Of a stretch of 64,000 nucleotides of DNA, positions 23,723-35,312 are shown one piece after another (position 1 is the stretch's first letter; every line of letters begins with the position of its first letter). Source of the stretch: Azolla caroliniana (lineage: Eukaryota > Plantae > Polypodiophyta); the NCBI GenBank assembly GCA_043228905.1, contig JBHGNT010000011.1:21762001-21826000 (forward strand), given 5' to 3'. The position numbers were made by a program, and so were the translations under genes. The notes under the pieces were generated by a model, which did not search any database, was not told the DNA's origin, and saw only the letters and a list, made by a program, of their open reading frames with translations.

Positions 23723-25403
23723 AGAAAACCGTCCCTTGGCGCAACCGGTGCATAGTAGGCGTGAACCGGCTCTTCACGAGTGCGCGCCCTTAATGTATAT
23801 AATAGGGAATTAAGTATCCGGGTAGTTAGATTCGGTAGGTAGGAAGTAAATGAGGGAGACAGCTCCCTTCTTGACGCTATAAAGGAGAGGGAGACGCAGG
23901 GAGAAGGGATCGCGCATTGAGCAAGACGAAGTACTGTCGGACCGGAACCGAACGCTTCTCCTCTGCCTGTTCTCTGTTGCTCTTCTCTGCAGGTTTCGGG
24001 AGGCTCGCGCTGCTTCGAGGAACGCCCGTGTGCTTCCGGCAGCACCTCCATCCTATCCCCTTTTCGTGCGCAGACGAACAGGCATCGGCATCTGTTCGCC
24101 GGCCTGTTCGGTTGTAACCGCTCGCGTGTTCTACTGTGTACTTGTTATTCGTTAATATACAAACACTTGTGTCTCCCTGTCTCTGTGTCCATTCACGTCT
24201 TCTGTGTTGACGGGCCATACCCCTGTGTTTCTTTGCTCATACGTGACCGGGCATCTCTCTCCTTCTCTTTTCCCCTTCTATCACCTGCTCTTCGGTTCAA
24301 GACCCCGGTGGTCCCGCCTCGTTTCTCTACGCACGCGCGTAGTAACGCGACAGCCTTCTACCACATATGGATCCCGCATTACGTCCACGTTGCCGAGCCG
24401 CTATACAAAGGTGATTATCGAGACGGACTGCCTGCCGATTCTCGGCATGGTTTTCGGATGCGCAACCCCGAACCTGGCAATGCTCAGGTGGATAGCGTAC
24501 ATCAAGTCCCTGGATCCGGAAATACGACACATTTCCGGGAAAGACAATGCCATGGCCGACATGCTTTCGAGGCCGCGATTCGACGACGAGGGCGGCATGG
24601 TTTCGGAGGACGAGGAAGTCGGCGTGGACTTCTTGAAGGCGGCTTACGTAACAACCGGAGGGGGGAGCACTCTGGCGCTTAACGATTTCTACAAGAGCAA
24701 GTACGACGGGGAGTGGCTGCAGATTGGGGGATTCGTGAGGACGATGACGCCGGACGCTGTCGAGGTATTCCTCGCGGATGCGTGGAATGAGGCGGGGCCT
24801 CGGGGGTCTTGTACTGAAGAGCAAAAGACAAAGGGAAAGGGAAGGGATCCACTACGTGTGGGCGTAGATTCACAGGGGCACGGCCCTTCGACACAAAGAC
24901 GCGAGTGGGACACCGACGCAGAGAGACACGAATGTATGTATATATATATATTAACATGGACAAACAACAAGAAGCACGAAGTCGGTTACAACCGAACAGG
25001 CCGGCGAACAGATGTCGATGCCTGTTTGTAAACGCTCAGAAAGAAAGGAGTAGGTTGGAGGTGCCGCCGGAAGCACTCGGGCATTCCTCAGAGCAGCGCG
25101 AGCCTCCCGAAAACCTGCACAAAAGGAAGCTACGGAGTTTGGAAGAGAGAGAAGCCTTCGCCCGACAACCCGACAACACTTCGTCCTCTCTAACCGCGAT
25201 CCTTCCCCCCTCCTCGTCTCCCTCCTTTTATAGGCAAGGAAGGAGCCGTTTCCCATTAACTTCCTACCTACCGAATCTACCTACCTCGGATCTTCTATGT
25301 ACCTAATTCTCTCTTACGTACAACATAAGGCGTACGTGCATGAAGAGCCGGTTCCTACGCTCCGGTGCACCGATTCCGCTTGTAGACGGCTTTCTTCACG
25401 ACA

Positions 25404-27289
25404 TCGTCGGCATCCGTCTGGCCCGACTGTCTCATCCTTCTCTTCCACCGGGCACCCCTTGATTGGGATGTCGTTTAGAAATGGCATGGTGATGTCCGGG
25501 ATGCAATCCCTCAGTACCTTGTTCATTGCATTCACCATGTGGGCCACCGAGTTGGTCCCTCCTTGTGGCAGGGTACACATTCGCACTAGGCCGAGGGGAG
25601 TTCGCATCGTCATAATGTCTCTGCTCTCCACGGCTAGCTGGAACTGGTCGTACCCCGAGTACAGGTCACCGATTCCTGCGTTCCGAATGGTCACTCTGTT
25701 GACTGGCTGCAGGTCTTGAATGAAGCGCAATGTTCCGTTTTTCTTTGGTACGGTAAACCACCGGTTCGAGTATGGGGCACTTGACGGTTCGAGAATACCC
25801 ATATCGACTTTCTGCCTCAATAGCTCCATCAACTTCGGGATGTGAGCTCTCGGTACTGGAATCGGCTTGAGATTCCATGGTACATGCGGTACCGTGAATA
25901 TCACCATCGGCTCCACGATTGTCGGGTCTACGCACCCGATCTCTTCCGATGAGAATGCGAAGGCTTTCCCGTGCCTTCCGAGCATCCTCCGAAACCGGTC
26001 TTCCTCCGCCGGCAGTAGGAACCCGGCCCCACCTATTTTGAGCTCCCGGAGCGTCCCGTCGGTGAGGGTGTGTCCTATGCGGACCGGATCTCGTAAACTG
26101 GGGTCCGACACAACCCCTCTAATCCGGGACTCGCTGCCCTCCGGTAAGGGTGCCGCGACTGGCCTTACCTTCCGGTCCACAGTCTTGTACTTCGTGCTAA
26201 CTCGGGCCGTCCGATCCAACTCGAGCCCCTGACTGAAGTTCGCGATGACTTCGTACATCTCTTCGGAACATACCGGTATCGTCCGGTCTTCTCCGGCTAC
26301 CTTCCTCAGCATCCCCAAGGTGTCATCGAAGGAGACCGCCTCCACGGCTCCGCTGATTTCTCGGCCCGGACGAGGAAATCAGCGGAGCCGTGGAGGCGGT
26401 CTCCTTCGATGACACCTTGGGGATGCTGAGGAAGGTAGCCGGAGAAGACCGGACGATACCGGTATGTTCCGAAGAGATGTACGAAGTCATCGCGAACTTC
26501 AGTCGGGGGCTTGGGTCGGATCGGACGGCCCGGGTTAGCACGAAGTACAAGACTGTGGACCGGAAGGTAAGGCCAGTCGCGGCACCCTTACCGGAGGGCA
26601 GCGAATCCCGAATCAGAGGGGTTGCGTCGGAAGAAGAACGGTTTCGGAGAATGCTTGGAAGACACAGGAAAGCCTTCGCATTCTCACCGGAAGAGATCGG
26701 GTGCATAGACCCGACGATCGTGGAGCCGATGGTGATATTCACAGTACCGCATGTGCCGTGGAATCTCAAGCCGATTCCGGTACCAAGAGCTCACATCCCG
26801 GAGTTGATGGAGCTACTGAGGCAGAAAGTCGATATGGGTATTCTCGAACCGTCGAGCGCGCCATACTCGAACCGATGGTTTACCGTACCAAAGAAAAACG
26901 GAACATTGCGCTTCATTCAGGACCTGCAGCCGGTCAACAAAGTGACCATTCGGAACGCAGGAATCGGACCGACCATAGACGAGTCCGCGGAGGCCTTCGC
27001 CGGGAGGTCGATTTACTCGGTCGGTGATCTGTAGTTAGGGTACGACCAGTTCCAGCTAGCCGTGGAGAGCAGAGACATTACGACGATGCGAACTCCCCTC
27101 GGCCTAGTGCGAATGTGTACCCTGCCGCAAGGAGGGACCAACTCGGTGGCCCACATGGTGAATGCAATGAACAAGGTACTGAGGGATTGCATCCCGGACA
27201 TCACCATGCCATTTCTGGACGACATCCCGATAAAGGGGTGCCCGGTGGAAGAGAAGGAAGAGACAGTCGGGCCGGACGGATGCCGACGA
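25404..27289. repeat. Long inverted repeat (fold-back palindrome) of RT sequence
   Basis: Arms 25404-26360 and 26375-27289 separated by a 14-nt loop. Confidence 0.92.
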
Positions 27290-30246
27290 TTCGTGGCAAC
27301 ACACATCGACGACTGCAAGAAGGTGCTACAAAGGCTAGAGGATGCGAGACTCACCTTCTCCGGGGAGAAATCGGCCTTCGGGCAATCAGAAATCCTGGTG
27401 GTCGGACACCTGTGTGGATCGTATGGCCGGAAGCCGTCTCCGGCAAAGGTAGAAGCCATCTCCGCGATGAAGACCGACTGTAGCTCGGTTACGGAAGTTC
27501 GGAGGTTCCTGGGGGCATGCGCGTTCTACCACATATGGATCCCGCATTACGCCCACGTTGCGGAGCCGCTATACGGGTTGCTGAAAAAAGGGCGAAAATT
27601 CGAGTGGCGAGACGAGCACACGGAGTTGGTCCGGAAGCTAAAGGAAGCTCTTGCGGCAACACCGGCGCTCTGGAAGGCTGGCTACAAGAAGGGTACCCCA
27701 GTATACATAACGGTGGATATGAGTCCGACCGGGATTGGATGGGTCGTCAACCAAGAAGACGAGGACGGCATTCGGTTCCCAATCCGATTCGGCGCGAAGG
27801 TCCTCAGTGAGCGACATCGAGGGTACGCCCAGGTTAAACGCGAACTCTGGGGTATCGTTTCGGCAGTAAAGGCCGACAAAGACTACTTGCTCGGGACAGA
27901 AGTGATTATCGAGACGGATTGCCTGCCAATTCTCGGCATGGTTTCCGGATGCGCGACACCGGACCTAGCGATGCTCAGGTGGATAGCGTACATCAAGTCC
28001 CTGGACCCGGAAATACGACACATTTCCGGAAAAGACAACGCCATGGCCGACATGCTTTCGAGGGCGAGGTTTGATGACGAGGGCGGCATGGTTTTGGAGG
28101 ACGAAGAAGTCGGCGTGGACTTCTTCGAGGCGGCGTACGTGACGACCGATGGGACGAGCACTCCGGCACTTAACGACTTCGACGAGAGCAAGTACGACAG
28201 CGAATGGCTCCAGATCGGTGGATTTTTGAGGACAATGACGCCGGATGCGTCATGGACGAAGGACGAGGCCAACCGGATCCGGAAGAAAGCTTGTCGATTC
28301 TTTCTCCGGGACGGATACTTATGGAAGCACCCGAAGAAGAGGAACGGCGTCCCGCTCCGGGTGGTGGCGATGAAGAAAGAACAGGAGGAGCTGTTGACGG
28401 CCTACCACGACAACCCTTGGGCTGGACACCGCGGAACGTGGGCCACGTTCGAGAAGATAAAGGGGAAGTACTGGTGGCCGGGACTGTACCGGGACGTGCA
28501 TCGGTTCGTGACTACTTGCAAGAGCTGTCAGATGCACTCCGTAGTCCGGCATCGGGACGAGCTTCACCCTACGTACCCTCCGACCATCCATTTCAAATGG
28601 TAGATCTGGTGACGATGCCGATGGTCGTAGGACAGATGCGGTATCTGGTCCTGGCTCGGGAAGATCTGACGAACCAGGTAGAAGGCCGAGCCCTTCAAAA
28701 CAAAACGACTGCGGCCGTATGTCGGTTCCTGATTGAGGACGTGATATGCCGGTACGGGTGCGTCGGGAAGATCGTGGCTGATCGCGGGGAGTTGGACGCC
28801 GAAGAGGCTGAGGAGCTGTTCGACCGACTAGGAGTCAAGCTCTCGCTCACCACTGCATACAATCCGGAGGCGAATGGGAAGGTGGAGCGCGGACACGGAC
28901 CGATCGTCAAGGCGTTAGTTCGGGCATGCGGAGGTCAAGTCGAGAACTGGCCGCGGTTGTTGCCTTCCGCGTTGTGGGCGGACCGAACTACGCACAGTTC
29001 GGTAACCGGATTCATGCCGGCAGAGCTCATGTTTGGACAGAAGCCGATCATGCCGATGGAACGTACAATCTCCTCCTGGGCAACCGTGGACTGGAGAGAC
29101 GAGATGAGTCGGGAGGAACTGTTGACGGCGCGCATACGGCAGCTCGAGCGAAGACCGGAGGACGTGGAGCAGGCTGCGGAAAAGCTTCGGGTGGCAAGGA
29201 TGAGGAACAAAGCCCGGTTCGACCGGATGCACCGGCTCCGACCGAAGAAGATCGAGGAAGGCGACTGGGTGCTAGTCTACGACAGCAGCCTCGACAACCA
29301 GCACCGAGCGACACGGAAGTTCGCAAGAAGGTGGTTCGGGCCTTACGTGATACAAAGCGCCAACGACAACGGGACGTACCATCTGGCGGAACTCGACGGC
29401 ACGAGAATGGCGATACCGGTAGCTGGGAAGCGGATCAAAGCGTTCAAGAAGCGTCACGACGACGAGCCGGATCCGGATAACCTGGACCGGGACGACGAAC
29501 GATCCGAAACCGATCGAGAACTGACGGGCGGGGAATAAAGGCTGGACCGGTTTTCTCCGTCCCAACTCAATTTGGCGCATGCCGGTGGATGCGCGGTTAG
29601 GTGGGGGCGGATGTCGTGAAGAAAACCGTCCACAAGCGGAATCGGTGCGCCGGAGCGTAGGAACCGGCTTTTCTTGCACGTTGTACATAAGAGAGAATGT
29701 TGTACATAGAAGATCCGAGGCGGGTAGATTCGGTAGGTAGGAAGTTAATAGGAAACGGCTCCTTCCTTGCCTATAAAAGGAGGGAAACGAGGAGGGAAAA
29801 AGGAATCGCGAAGTAAGAGAGGACGAAGTGCTGTCGGATTGCGGGCCGAAGGCTTCTCTCTCTTCCAAACTCCATAGCTTCTTTCTGTGCAGGTTTCGGG
29901 AGGCTCGCGCTGCTCTGAGGAATGCCCGAGTGCTTCCGGCAGCACCTCCAACCTACTCTTTCCTTTCTGTGCGTTTACGAACAGGCATCGACATCTGTTC
30001 GCCGGCCTGTTCGGTTGTAACCGACCTCGTGTTCTTGTTGTTTGTCTTGTTTATATATATTTTACATACATTCGCGTCTCTCTGTGTCGCTGTCGCACTC
30101 GCATCTCTGTGTCGAAGGGCCGTGTCCCTGTGAATCTACACTCGCACCTTGTGGGTCTCTTCTCCTCTCCTTTTCTCTCTTGCTCTTCGGTACAAGACCC
30201 CCGAGGCCCCGCCTCATTCCACGCATCCGCGAGGGATACCTCGACA
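26375..30246 (+). mobile_element. 5'-truncated Ty3/gypsy element 'Gypsy-D' (pol, PPT, 3' LTR) inside Gypsy-C
   Basis: RT-RNase H-integrase from 26375 to 29538; PPT GGTTAGGTGGGGGCGGA; LTR 29612-30246 followed by GCGG and Gypsy-C gag. Confidence 0.88.
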
Positions 30247-33200
30247 GCGGTCCGCTTCATCTTTCCTCAGCCGTGCGCCGGCGAGGCCTTCCAGCATTGC
30301 CGACCAGAATCCGTCTGTGCTCGCTGCCCCCGACCCGAATACCGGCCGACGCCGAGTAGTGGATGGCCTCCACGTGTCGGGCCGCTGCCTCTTCCATCAG
30401 TCTCTTCATACCTCCTCGCCCGTCGTTCCGGTTTAGGGCCCTTCTGGTATCGCGGGCGTGCACCCGGCCTTCCCATAGGTACACCACCCAGTTCCTCAAC
30501 GCCTCTGCGAAATCGCCGCAGTCCTTCCGAATGTGGCCGACCTCGTCGCACCACATGCACCTGTCCCCTGCTGCCGGTCGTCGGTCACGAGCCGGTTCGC
30601 CGCCTTCCCTTCGAGTCTGGGCGATCTGGAGATCCTTTATCGCCCGCGTCAACTCCTCCAGCGCTGCTCCTCCAGACGAGTCATTGACCATGCCGGTCAG
30701 AGCCGACCCGGTTTCGAGCCACTCCCGGGTCTCTGCCCTTCGCCCTTGCGGTGCCGGTTCAAGCCTCCTTGCTGTGACAGAGTCCGCACCGGCCGCCCCG
30801 TTGTCAGCCCATTCTCGCCGTTTGTCGAAACGGCCACAGACTCTCTTAACCGCAACCCAGTCGGTCGTCAGCCCGTCTTCGGTTTCTAGCAAGGAGCCAA
30901 CTTGATCCCGGTCCCGCTCGTCCACCGACTTGATGAACAGTAGGACCCGGCTCGTATCCAGAACGGTTCGGTCAAGCTCCGAAAGGCGGGCAAAGCGTTC
31001 CTCAAACTCCCGGAGGAGTGCCGACGCGTTTCTTCCCTTGCCGGGGGACTCCACCCATTCCATGAAGCCCCGTTTCGAAAGCCAGAGCGCGTCGTCCAGC
31101 CCGTATTTTTCTAGGAGTCGGCCTTCGAACTCCTCCCAGGTACAACTCACTGCCCGTACCTCGAGCACCTCCGCATGGATGCTCGGCATCGCCACTCGAG
31201 GGAACCCGGCAAGACGCCTCTCTTCCGGAATGTCCTGCATAAGCATTTCTGCCCCGTAGGATGCCAAATACTTCGTGGCATCCTTCCCGCTGAACCGGCC
31301 GATCGTACCGACGACCACCTCAATGGCTCTGTCGAGGGTGCCGGTGCCCTCGCGTGCGCTCAATACCCGATCCACGGCCGAAGCCATGGCCTCCACAAGA
31401 TCCGACCCCTTCATCTTCTGCTCTTCTGCCGCCTCTTTCACGTCGGGTTCACCAAGATGTCGAGGTATTCCTCGCGGATGCGTGGAATGAGGCGGGGCCT
31501 TGGGGGTCTTGTACCGAAGAGCAAGAGACAAAGGGAAAGGGAAGGGACCCACTACGTGTGGGCGTAGATTCACAGGGGCACGGCCCTTCGACACAAAGAC
31601 GCGAGTGGGACACCGACGCAGAGAGACACAAATGTATGTATATATATGTATTAACAAGGACAAACAACAAGAAGCACGAAGTCGGTTACAACCAAACAGG
31701 CCGGCGAACAGATGCTGATGCCTGTTCGTAAACGCTTAGAAAGAAAGGAGTAGGTTGGAGGTGCCGCCGGAAGCACTCGGGCATTCCTCAGAGCAGCGCG
31801 AGCCTCCCGAAAACCTGCACAGAAAGAAGCTACAGAGTTTGGAAGAGAGAGAAGCCTTCGCCCGACAACCCGACAGCACTTCGTCCTCTCTAACCGTGAT
31901 CCTTCCCCCCTCCTCGTCTCCCTCCTTTTATAGGCAAGGAAGAAGTCGTTTCCCATTAACTTCCTATCTACCGAATCTACCTACCTCGGATCTTCTATGT
32001 ACCTAATTCTCTCTTACATACAACATAAGGCGTACGTGCATGAAGAGCCGGTTCCTACGCTCCGGTGCACCGATTCCGCTTGTGGACGGTTTTCTTCACG
32101 ACAACGCGTCATGGACAAAGGACGAGGCCAACCGTATCCGGAAGAAAGCATACCGATTCTTTCTCCGGGACGGATACTTGTGGAAGCACCCGAAGAAGAG
32201 AAACGGCGTCCCACTCCGAGTAGTGGCGATGGAGGAGGAACAAGAGGAGTTGCTGAAGGCCTACCACGACAGCCCCTGGGCTGGACACCGTGGGACGTGG
32301 GCCACATTCGAGAAACTAAAGGGGAAGTACTGGTGGTCGGGACTGTACCGGGACGTACATCGGTTCGTGACAACTTGTGAGAACTGTCAGATGCACTCCA
32401 TAGTCCGACATCGGGACGAGCTTCACCCTACATACCCTCCGGCCATCCACTTCAAATGGATGGTAGATTTGGTGACGATGCCGATGGGCGTAGGGCAGAT
32501 GTGATATCTGGTGCTGGCCCGGGAGGACCTGACGAACCAGGTGGAAGGCCGAGCCCTACAGAACAAAATGACTGCGGCCGTGTGTCGGTTCCTGATCGAG
32601 GACGTGATATGCCGGTACGGGTGCGTCGGAAAGATCGTGGCTGACCGCGGGGAGTTGGACGCCGAAGAGGCCGAGGAGTTGTTTCAACCAGTTAGGGGTC
32701 AAGCTCTCGCTCACCACAGCATACAATCCGGAGGCGAACGAGAAGGTGGAGCGCGGGCACGGACCGATCGTCAAAGCGCTAGTCCGGGCGTGCGGAGGAC
32801 AGGTCGGGAACTGGCCACGACTGCTACCCTATGCCTTGTGGGCGGACCGGACAACGCACAGTTCGGTAACCGGGTTCATGCCGTCAGAACTCATGTTCGG
32901 ACAGAAGCCGATCATGCCGATGGAACGAACGATCTCCTCTTGGGCGACAGTAGACTGGAGAGGAGAGATGAGTCGGGAAGAACTGCTAGCGGCGCGTATA
33001 CGGCAGCTCGAGTGTAGGCCAGAGGACGTGGAACGAGCGGCGGAGAGACTTCGGACGGCGAGGATGAAGAAAAAAGCCCGGTTCGACCGAACGCACCGGC
33101 TCCGACCGAAGAAAATTGAGGAAGGCGACTGGGTGCTAGTCTACGACAGCAGCCTCGACAAACAGCACCAAGCAACACGGAAGTTTGCAAAGCGGTGGTT

Positions 33201-33478
33201 CGGGCCTTACGTGGTAACAAGCGCCAATGACAACGGGACGTATCACCTCGCGGAACTCGACGGTACGAGGATGGCGATACCGGTAGCAGGGAAGCGGATC
33301 AAAGCGTTCAAGAAGCGCCACGACGTTGAATCGGATCTAAGAGGCCTGGACAGCGACGACGAACAGTCCGAAACGGAGGACGAACCGATGGACGAAGAAC
33401 CGGAACCCGGACCGGTTTTCTCCAACCAGAACCCAAATTTGGCGCATACCGGTGGATGCGCGGTTAGGTGGGGGCGGA

Positions 33479-34107
33479 TGTCGTGAAGAAAACCGTCCCT
33501 TAGCGTAATCGGTGCATAGCGCGCGTGAACCGGCTCTTCACGCGTGCGCACCCTTCATGTATATAATAGGGAATTAGGTACATAGGTATATCCTGGGTAG
33601 TTAGATTCGGTAGGTAGGAAGTAAATGAGGGAGACGGCTCCCTTCTTGACGCTATAAAGGAGAGGGAGACGCAGGGAGAAGGGATCACGCATTAAGGAGG
33701 ACGAAGTGTTGTCGGACCGTAACCGAACGCTTCTCCTCTGTTCGTTCTCCATCGCTCTTCTCTGCAGGTTTTCGGGAGGCTCGCGCTGCTTCGAGGAACG
33801 CCCGTGTGCTTCCGGCAGCACCTCCACCCTTTTCTCCTTTCGTGCGCAGACGAACAGGCATCGGCATCTGTTCGCCGGCCTGTTCGGTTGTAACCGCTCG
33901 CGTGCTCTGTTGTGTATTGGTTATTCGTTAATATACAAACACTTGTGTCTCTCTGTCTCTGTGTCCATTCGCGTCTTCTGTGTTGACGAGTCGTGCCCCT
34001 GTGTTTCTTTGCTCATACGTGACAGGGCGTCTCTCTCTTTCTCTTTCCCCTTCAAGACCCCGGTGGTCCCGCCTCGTTTCTCCACGCACGCGCGTAGTAA
34101 CGCGACG
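33479..34107 (+). repeat. Gypsy-A 3' LTR
   Basis: Follows the PPT; matches 9322-9970 apart from a short deletion near 34050; terminal CA changed to CG. Confidence 0.92.
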
Positions 34108-34111
34108 ACGT

Positions 34112-34396
34112 GTTCCTTGAGTAGCTTTGATGTGAACCATTTTTCCCTATACATGGGCACTTTTTACTCTAGTGCTGGCTAGAGGTTTTTTCCCCATGTT
34201 ACCACATACATGAGTCACTCATATGTGGTGGTACTTAGTACTTAGGGATATATATTTCAGCTCCTATTAGTTTTTGTATCATTCATCAATAGAGAGAGCT
34301 ATTCCAGCTATTGTGTTCCTTGTGTGAGTGCTTCTTTGTTTGAGCTTCTTGTGTGTGCCTCTTGTGTGTTTCTCACTCTTCCTCACATACCCAACA
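34112..34396 (+). repeat. Copia-A 3' LTR, distal part
   Basis: Matches ~4446-4728; ends CCCAACA. Confidence 0.92.
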
Positions 34397-35312
34397 ATAT
34401 TCTTAAAAGCTTTATCATGGATTTTTTACCTTTTTAAACTGCTCTTAGGTTGGCACAAACATTCATTAGTGCACCACATTTTGCATACGTATCTGTCAAA
34501 GCATTATTAAGTAGAGTACAACATACATGTTTTTCTAACAATCGCTTGTCGGTGATCTCCTCATGAACCTCCTTTCCCGTATCAACTACTTGTACATGGC
34601 CACATGCCTTGTGTTGGTGGAGGAAAAACCCAGAGAGATGGCTGATGCCTCGTGTCGGAATTCAATGTTAGTATTGTTTAGTTAGACCATTGATTTATTG
34701 GGCTAGGTGTTGCATTTGTGTCTCAATCCCATTGGCTATATTATTGCACCTAGACATTCATGGTGGACTCGTTATTGGGGGCCCAAGGGCCAAGGGTAGA
34801 CATATAAATATGGATCTTAAACATGCGGTTAGAATTGTACTGCACACACTCATTTCTCGATGTTAAGAAATGTGAAATATAACCACATGATGACAAGATA
34901 GCACATACAACATCATCCCTCAGAAAAGACGTAGTAAAAGTTTTTCAATGTTGGTAGGTCCAGACTCTAAAGTTTAGCAAATATGTTAACTGGACAGCTT
35001 TCAAGTTTAGGGACAATATTGAATTTGCAAGAAAGTGGTAATAGTTTTATTGAATCAAGAAAATGTGAAGGGGCTTTAAATGTGTGGTTTGCTTACAAAA
35101 TGTGAGAGATGACAAATTACAATGATGTAGGTGTGGATGTTCTTTTCTTTAAATCAATACATATTTGAAAGGGGTTGAAAAAGTGGCATTGTCAATTGAA
35201 AGCTTTGCAATGGTGTTGTAGACTGTTGTTGTAGTTATTGTCCCTCCTCTAGGTCTAGGTCTCCACTTCCCCCCTATCCTCCTCTTGCCCCCTCCCAAGT
35301 TCAGGTGGAAAA

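Larger units (their letters stand above)
15979..24352 (+). mobile_element. Full-length CpG-rich Ty3/gypsy element 'Gypsy-B' nested in Gypsy-A
   Basis: LTRs 15979-16626 and 23715-24352; TSD GCGT / GCCT; PBS-Trp; removal restores FLGACAFYHIW. Confidence 0.92.
24758..32103 (-). mobile_element. Rearranged Ty3/gypsy element 'Gypsy-C' (reverse orientation) nested in Gypsy-A
   Basis: Near-identical LTRs 24758-25403 and 31458-32103; TSD ACGC (24754-24757 / 32104-32107); PBS-Trp ~31437-31454; gag 30251-31434; RT fragment 25404-26360; removal restores MTPDASWTKDEA. Confidence 0.88.
9322..34107 (+). mobile_element. CpG-rich Ty3/gypsy LTR retrotransposon 'Gypsy-A' (Phygy-like), host of the nest
   Basis: LTRs 9322-9970 and 33479-34107; TSD ACGT (9318-9321 / 34108-34111); PBS 9975-9992; gag from 10016; pol pieces at ~14253-15347, 15956-15978, 24357-24757 and 32108-33486. 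Confidence 0.9.
4431..34396 (+). mobile_element. Ty1/copia LTR retrotransposon 'Copia-A' (outermost element; 3' LTR split by the nested gypsy block)
   Basis: 5' LTR 4431-4728 (TG...CA); PBS-Met; gag-pol remnant; G-run PPT ~9299-9305; 3' LTR split into 9308-9321 and 34112-34396; TSD AAATT / ATATT (one mismatch). Confidence 0.92.

Noticed and set aside
9398-34182. Many overlapping and antisense ORFs of 60-270 aa in the gypsy LTRs and internal regions
   Set aside because: Expected from GC-rich, stop-poor retroelement sequence; no recognisable domains and the frames are broken differently in each copy.
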